A stretch of 64,000 nucleotides of DNA from Octopus sinensis (lineage: Eukaryota), in the NCBI RefSeq assembly GCF_006345805.1, contig NC_043016.1, forward strand, positions 29,512,001 through 29,576,000, read 5' to 3'. Below the pieces are notes generated by a model. It did not search any database, had not been told where the DNA came from, and saw only the letters and a list, made by a program, of their open reading frames with translations. A program made the translations under genes and the position numbers. Positions 58,419 through 64,000 of this stretch are shown here, one piece after another (within the stretch, counting starts at the first letter, position 1; every line of letters starts with the position of its first letter).

Positions 58419-58646
58419 TATTTCTTTATTGCCCACAAGGGGCTAAACATAGAGGGGACAAACAAGGACAGACAAAGGGATTAAGTCGATTACATCGACC
58501 CCAGTGCGTAACTGGTACTTTATTTATCGACCCCGAAGGGATGAAAGGCAAAGTCGACCTCGGCGGAATTTGAACTCACAACGTAACGACAGACGAAATA
58601 CGGCTACGCATTTCGCCCGGCGTGCTAACGTTTCTGCCAGCTCGCC
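58419..58646 (-). mobile_element. SINE family B (tail type i), young copy
   Basis: CpG-rich and close to consensus; TSD CACACGCATATATA. Confidence 0.88.
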
Positions 58647-59776
58647 ACACACGCATATATAAACACAAACATGCACCCCGCTCTCATACAAGGATGGCTC
58701 TCATACTGGCATGGGTTGGATGGCTTGACAGGAAATGACAAGGCCAGCAGCTGTACCAGGATTCTGTAGTCTGTTTTGGCTTGGTATCTACAGCTGGAAG
58801 GAATTTTCTAATGCCAGCCACTTTACAAAAGTGTGCTGGGTGCTTTTTCACTTAACAGCATCACCAGTGCTTTTTACATGGCACCAGTACAAGTGTTTTT
58901 TGTGTGGCACCATCATGAATGCTTTTTATGTTTTTATGTGGAACCAGCACCAACACTAATGGTTTTTATATGGCACCATCAATTCTGCTGTAAGTTGGTG
59001 GGTTTGGGTCTTCTTGAGTACAGCAATGCACCACATATCTTGGACCTCTGAAAACAGCAAATGCATGGCACAACAACAAAGGCATCAAAGACAAGAGAAG
59101 ATTGAAACCACAACAGCTAAATCTGAAACTACACGACCATCATCGTCACCATGAACAACAATAAAACATTACCAAATACTACAACCACAGCAAAAACATC
59201 AAAAGGTGCAACAAAAGCGATCAAACGTAAATAGTAACAAATGTGAGTTGATGGAATATATGTCAACAATCAAGAAAGACAAAACAGAGACACAGTGGTA
59301 GATGAAGGGTATTTCAGGTCTTCAAAACTCCCAAAGACAGGTTGTTAATGAAGACATCTCTATATGTCTTCATATGTCTTCATACTAAAAGGATTCCCAT
59401 CCAACATATGGATAGATTTTCAGGAAAAGAAACAACAAAATACTAGAGACTACATTAGGAATTAGAAACTGAACCGTGGCACCTTGGGCAAGTGTCATCT
59501 ATTATAGCCTTGGGCTGACCAAAGCCTTGTGAGAGGCTCTGCTAGATGGAAAATGAAAAAAGCCCATCGTAAATATGTGTATGTGAGAGTGGGTGAGAGA
59601 GAAAGAGAGAGAGAGAGAGGGAGTGAGACAGAGAGAGAGACTGATAAAGTAAGTACCAAACTTAAAAGAATGATAAGTATCGGGGTTGATTCATTCGGCT
59701 AAAAACTTTTCAAGGCAGTGCCCCAGCATGGCCACAGTCTAATGACTGAAGCAAGTAAAAGAATGAAAGATATATA

Positions 59777-60540
59777 ATGTGTGTGTGCATGTGTTTCTCT
59801 GTGTGTGTGCATGCACTTGTGTGTATGCATGTGTGTATGCGTGTGTGTGTGTGCCTGCATGTGTGTATGAGTGCGTGTATGTATATGTGTGTGTGTGTAT
59901 GCACATATGTGCCTGTGTGTGTGCATGCCTGCATGTGTGTGTGCATGTACATGCATGTGCATGTGAGTGTGTTTGTATGTGTGTGTCTGCATGCTTGTGT
60001 GTGTGTGTGCCAAAGTAGAAATCAAACCCTGGATTTGCTCAAATAAATTCTATCTTTACGTCTATGTCTGTATCTATGTTCGATCAATCCATCTGTCTAG
60101 TTGGCTGACTGTCCATTCATCCATTTTTCCATCCATCCATCCATTCATCCATCCATCCATACGTCCATCCATCCATCTGTCCATCCGTCCATCCATCGAT
60201 CTAGCCATCCATCCATCCATCTGTCCATCCATCCACCAATCCATCTGTCCATCCATCCATCTGTCCATCCATCGATCTATCCATCCATCCATCCATCCAT
60301 CTGTCCATCCATCCACCAATCCATCTGTCCATCCATCCATCTGTCCATCCATCGATCTATCCATCCATCCATCTGTCTATCTATCCACCAATCCATCTGT
60401 CCATCCGTCCATCTGTTCATCCATCGATCTATCCATCCATCCATCCATTCATCCATCCGTCCATCCATCCATCCATCCATCCATCCATCCATCCATCCAT
60501 TCATTCCCCCATCTGTTCATCTGTCCATTCCTCTGTCCTT
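59777..60540. repeat. (TG)n followed by (TCCA)n microsatellites
   Basis: directly visible. Confidence 0.95.
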
Positions 60541-60804
60541 CCAGGCTAGGGTGTTGGGTTCATGGTTATAAGATCTCATGCTCAGTTTCCAGGGTAGGTG
60601 TTACATCGTGTGCTTGGGCAAGGCACTTCATTTCACATTGCTCCAGCAGCACCCTTGTGAAGAACTGCTGTCCCTTTCAAACTGAACATTCAAGGGAAGG
60701 AGTATTGACTGCTGATGTTTCATTTCAGTTATAGAAATGCTATCAAGATGGCCTGAGTTATCATGTCCTTGAGTCACACACACACTGACACACACACACC
60801 ACAC

Positions 60805-60846
<42 letters not shown>

Positions 60847-61020
60847 TACACAGACACACACATATGCACACACATTCTTTCTCTCTCTCTCATGCACAAT
60901 GCACACTCACACATGCACAAACTTACACACACACACACTCTTACACACTCACACAATCTGACACACACACATTAACATACTTCACACCTACAGACACTCA
61001 TACACACTCACACAAACATT

Positions 61021-61065
<45 letters not shown>

Positions 61066-61546
61066 ACAAACTTTCATACACACAGATACATATCTGTATG
61101 TGGTGCAGGCATGGATGTGTGGTTAAGAAGTTGGTTTTGCAACTCCATGATGTTGAGTTCAATCCTACCGCATCACAACATAGAGACAAGGGTCTTCTAT
61201 TAATACCTTCAGCAGACCCAATGTCTTGTGAAGGAAAATTACAAATGAAAACTGGGTAGTAGCCTGTTACATGTGCGTGTATGTAATATATATATATACA
61301 TACATGTAATGTAATGATGGTGGGTTAGCTGGCCCAAACTTCAAAGTCACTATCATCAACATTCTTGTTTAAGAAGAATAAATTCCCAATTTACTCTACA
61401 AAAATATTGAGTAACCCATCAGATTAATGTAAAATTGTTTTGATTATAACTGAAGATAGAAACGAACATTAATGTGTGTGTGTGTATGTGTGTAGCTGCT
61501 AAATCTACAAGTTTTTAAATCTTTCTGTGTTTATTTTCTCATATTC

Positions 61547-61582
61547 CTTTCTGTTGAAGAGCATAGGCTCGAAATGTAAAAG
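61547..61582 (+). ncRNA. Degenerate minimal hammerhead fold (A6U core)
   Basis: CUUU CUGUUGA A GAGC-AUAG-GCUC GAA AUGU A AAAG. Confidence 0.5.
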
Positions 61583-61755
61583 ACTTTCTCACTTTCCTGA
61601 GCATCAAATTAATACACTTGCTTGTTGTTCATATAGCTGTCCTTGTCTTTTGCTTTTCTGTAAATTTCCACTATGTATATATGTATGTGTGTGTATATAT
61701 ATATATATATATACGAAGTCCAGACAGATATCACCAGCCGACTGGTGTCTGCTAC

Positions 61756-61801
61756 TCTAGGCCGATGAAGGACAATGATCCTGAAACACGGTGTCCCTAG
61801 A
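61756..61801 (+). ncRNA. Minimal type-I hammerhead ribozyme, U4C core variant
   Basis: UCUAGG CCGAUGA AGGA-CAAUGA-UCCU GAA ACAC-G-GUGU C CCUAGA; all three stems pair. Confidence 0.72.
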
Positions 61802-61984
61802 TGCAGTTCTGGTGGTTGGGGGTATTTGTCTCCCCTTCGTATATGTATATAAGGACACAGGGAAAAAATGTGTCGAAGCTGTCAGGAGGCGTTCGATGCC
61901 TCCTAGGGCTATACAACGGTGGTGTACCCCCTACTGTCACGTTCTTGTTAGATTGACAGTATACAACCATTCTATATATATATA

Positions 61985-64000
61985 TCATCATCATCATCAT
62001 CCTCATTTAACGTCCGCTTTCCATGCTAGCATGGGTTGGACGGTTCAACTGGAGTCTGGGGAGCCCGAAGGCTGCACCAGGCCAGTCAGATCTGGCAGTG
62101 TTTCTACAGCTGGATGCCCTTCCTAACGCCAACCACTCCGAGAGTGTAGTGGGTGATTTTATGTGCCACCGACACAGGTGCCAGACGAGGCTGGCGAACG
62201 GCCACGCTCGGATGGTGTTTTTTTTTTATGTGCCACCGACACAGGTGCCAGACGAGGCTGGCAGACGGCCACGCTCGGATGGTGTTTTATGTGCCACCGA
62301 CACAAGTGCCAGATGAGGCTGGCGAACGGCCACGATCGGATGGTGTTTGTTACGTGCCCACAACACGGAGGCCAGTCGATGCGGTACTGGCTACGGCCAC
62401 GTTCGGATGGTTTTCTTGTGTGCCACGGCACTGGTACCACAAAGATACAAATTCCATTGATGTTCATCTATTTTGATTGGTTTGATTTTCACTTGCCTCA
62501 ACAGGTCTTCACAAGTGTCACATACTTGCCTCAACAGGTCTTCACAAGTGTCATAAGAAGGAAGGTATGCACAGGTAGACTGACTACGTCCCAGGTAGGG
62601 GCCACGGGTTATGGCCTGACTAGTCCTTGCGGGTCTTTGGATGGTGTTTTTATGTGCCACCAACACAGGTGCCAGATGAGGCTGGCGAACGGCCACAATC
62701 GGATGGTGTTTGTTACGTGCCCACAGCACGATGTGGTACTGGCTACCGCCACGTTCGGATGGTTTTCTTGTGTGCCACCGGCATTGGTACCACAAAGATA
62801 CAAATTCCATTGATGTTCATCTATTTTGATTTGTTTTGATTGGATTTGATTATGATTATGATTATGATTATTATTATTATTATTATTATCACTTGCCTCA
62901 ACAGTCTTCACAAGTGTCATTTGATTTGATTAGATAGCACTTGCCTCAACAGGTCTTCACAAGTGTCATTTGATTTGATTAGCACTTGCCTCAACAGGTC
63001 TTCACAAGTGTCATAAGAAGGAAGGTATGCACAGGTGGACTGACTATGTCCCAGGAAGGGGCCACGGGCTATGGCCTGACTAGTCTTGCCGGGTCTTCGG
63101 ACAGGTGCCAGATGAGGCTGGCGAACGGCCACGATCGGATGGCGTTTGTTATGTGCCCACAGCACGGAGGCCAGTCGATGCGGTACTGGCTACAGCCACG
63201 TTCGAATGGTTTTCTTGTGTGCCACCGGCACTGGTACCACAGAGATACAGATTCCATTGATGTTCATTTGTTTTGATTTTTTGATTTGTTGATTTGTTGA
63301 TTTTCACTTGCCTCAACAGGTCTTCACAAGTGTCACAAGAAGGAAGGTATGCACAGGTGGACTCCCAGGTAGGGGCCACCACGATCGGATGGTGTTTGTT
63401 ATGTGCCCACATCACAGAGGCCAGTCGATGCGGTACTGGCTACGGCCACGTTCGGATGGTTTTCTTGTGTGCCACCGGTACTGGTACCACAAAGATACAA
63501 ATTCCATTGATGTTCATCTATTTTGATTTGGTTTGATTTGATTTTCACTTGCCTCAACAGGTCTTCACAAGTGTCACACACTTGCCTCTGCCTCAACAGG
63601 TCTTCACAAGTGTCACACACTTGCCTCTGCCTCAACAGGTCTTCACAAGTGTCACAAACTTGCCTCAACAAGTGTCACACACTTGCCTCAACAGGTCTTC
63701 ACAAGTGTCATAAGAAGGAAGGTATGCACAGGTGGACTGACTACGTCGCCGGGTCTTCGGATGGTGTTTTTATGTGCCACCGACACAGGTGCCAGATGAG
63801 GCTGGCGAACGGCCACGATCAGATGGTGTTTGTTGTGCCCACAGCACGGAGGCCAGTCGATGCGGTACTGGCTACGGCCACGTTCGGATGGTTTTCTTGT
63901 GTGCCACCGGTACTGGAACCACAAAGATACAAATTCCATTGATGTCATCTATTTTGATTTGGTTTTTTTTTCACTTGCCTCAACAGGTCTTCACAAGTGT
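61985..64000 (-). repeat. Higher-order array expanded from an RTE 3' UTR (runs off the window)
   Basis: Repeated ~63-bp units, ~160-bp blocks and a 29-bp CACTTGCCTCAACAGGTCTTCACAAGTGT unit. Confidence 0.85.

Noticed and set aside
62290-62345. CAGATGAG…GAA in the array units as a hammerhead or HDV-like ribozyme
   Set aside because: Core does not match CUGANGA/GAAA, and I could not build the HDV double pseudoknot by eye.
62490-63990. CRISPR-like 29-bp repeat with palindromic ends
   Set aside because: Spacers are absent, irregular or themselves repeated; no cas genes; eukaryotic RTE-derived context.

Overview
Eukaryotic, AT-rich DNA dense in microsatellites and retroposons. The SINE/LINE repertoire looks like an octopus (coleoid cephalopod) genome; that is an inference, not a database result. 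Almost all ORFs in the supplied track are artefacts of simple repeats. One host gene can be rebuilt by hand: a + strand GSTCD orthologue (GST C-terminal-like domain plus SAM-dependent methyltransferase). It has 13 GT-AG coding exons from 1213 to 43800 that splice in frame (about 581 aa); its 5' exons lie upstream of the window. Introns and the downstream region hold three tRNA-derived SINE families, RTE, Tx1/L1-like and R4/Dong-like LINE remnants, Penelope-like (GIY-YIG) fragments, a Tc1 remnant, several MITEs and a non-autonomous Helitron. The most notable unannotated signal is a set of at least six different minimal type-I hammerhead ribozyme folds. One has a compensatory U3-A8 core and sits in the loop of a perfect 127-bp inverted repeat. 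Another lies downstream of a tRNA-like Pol III module that is also found directly after a Penelope endonuclease ORF, suggesting a Penelope-dependent, self-cleaving SINE-like element. One SINE subfamily also appears to share its 3' tail with the local Tx1-like LINE.
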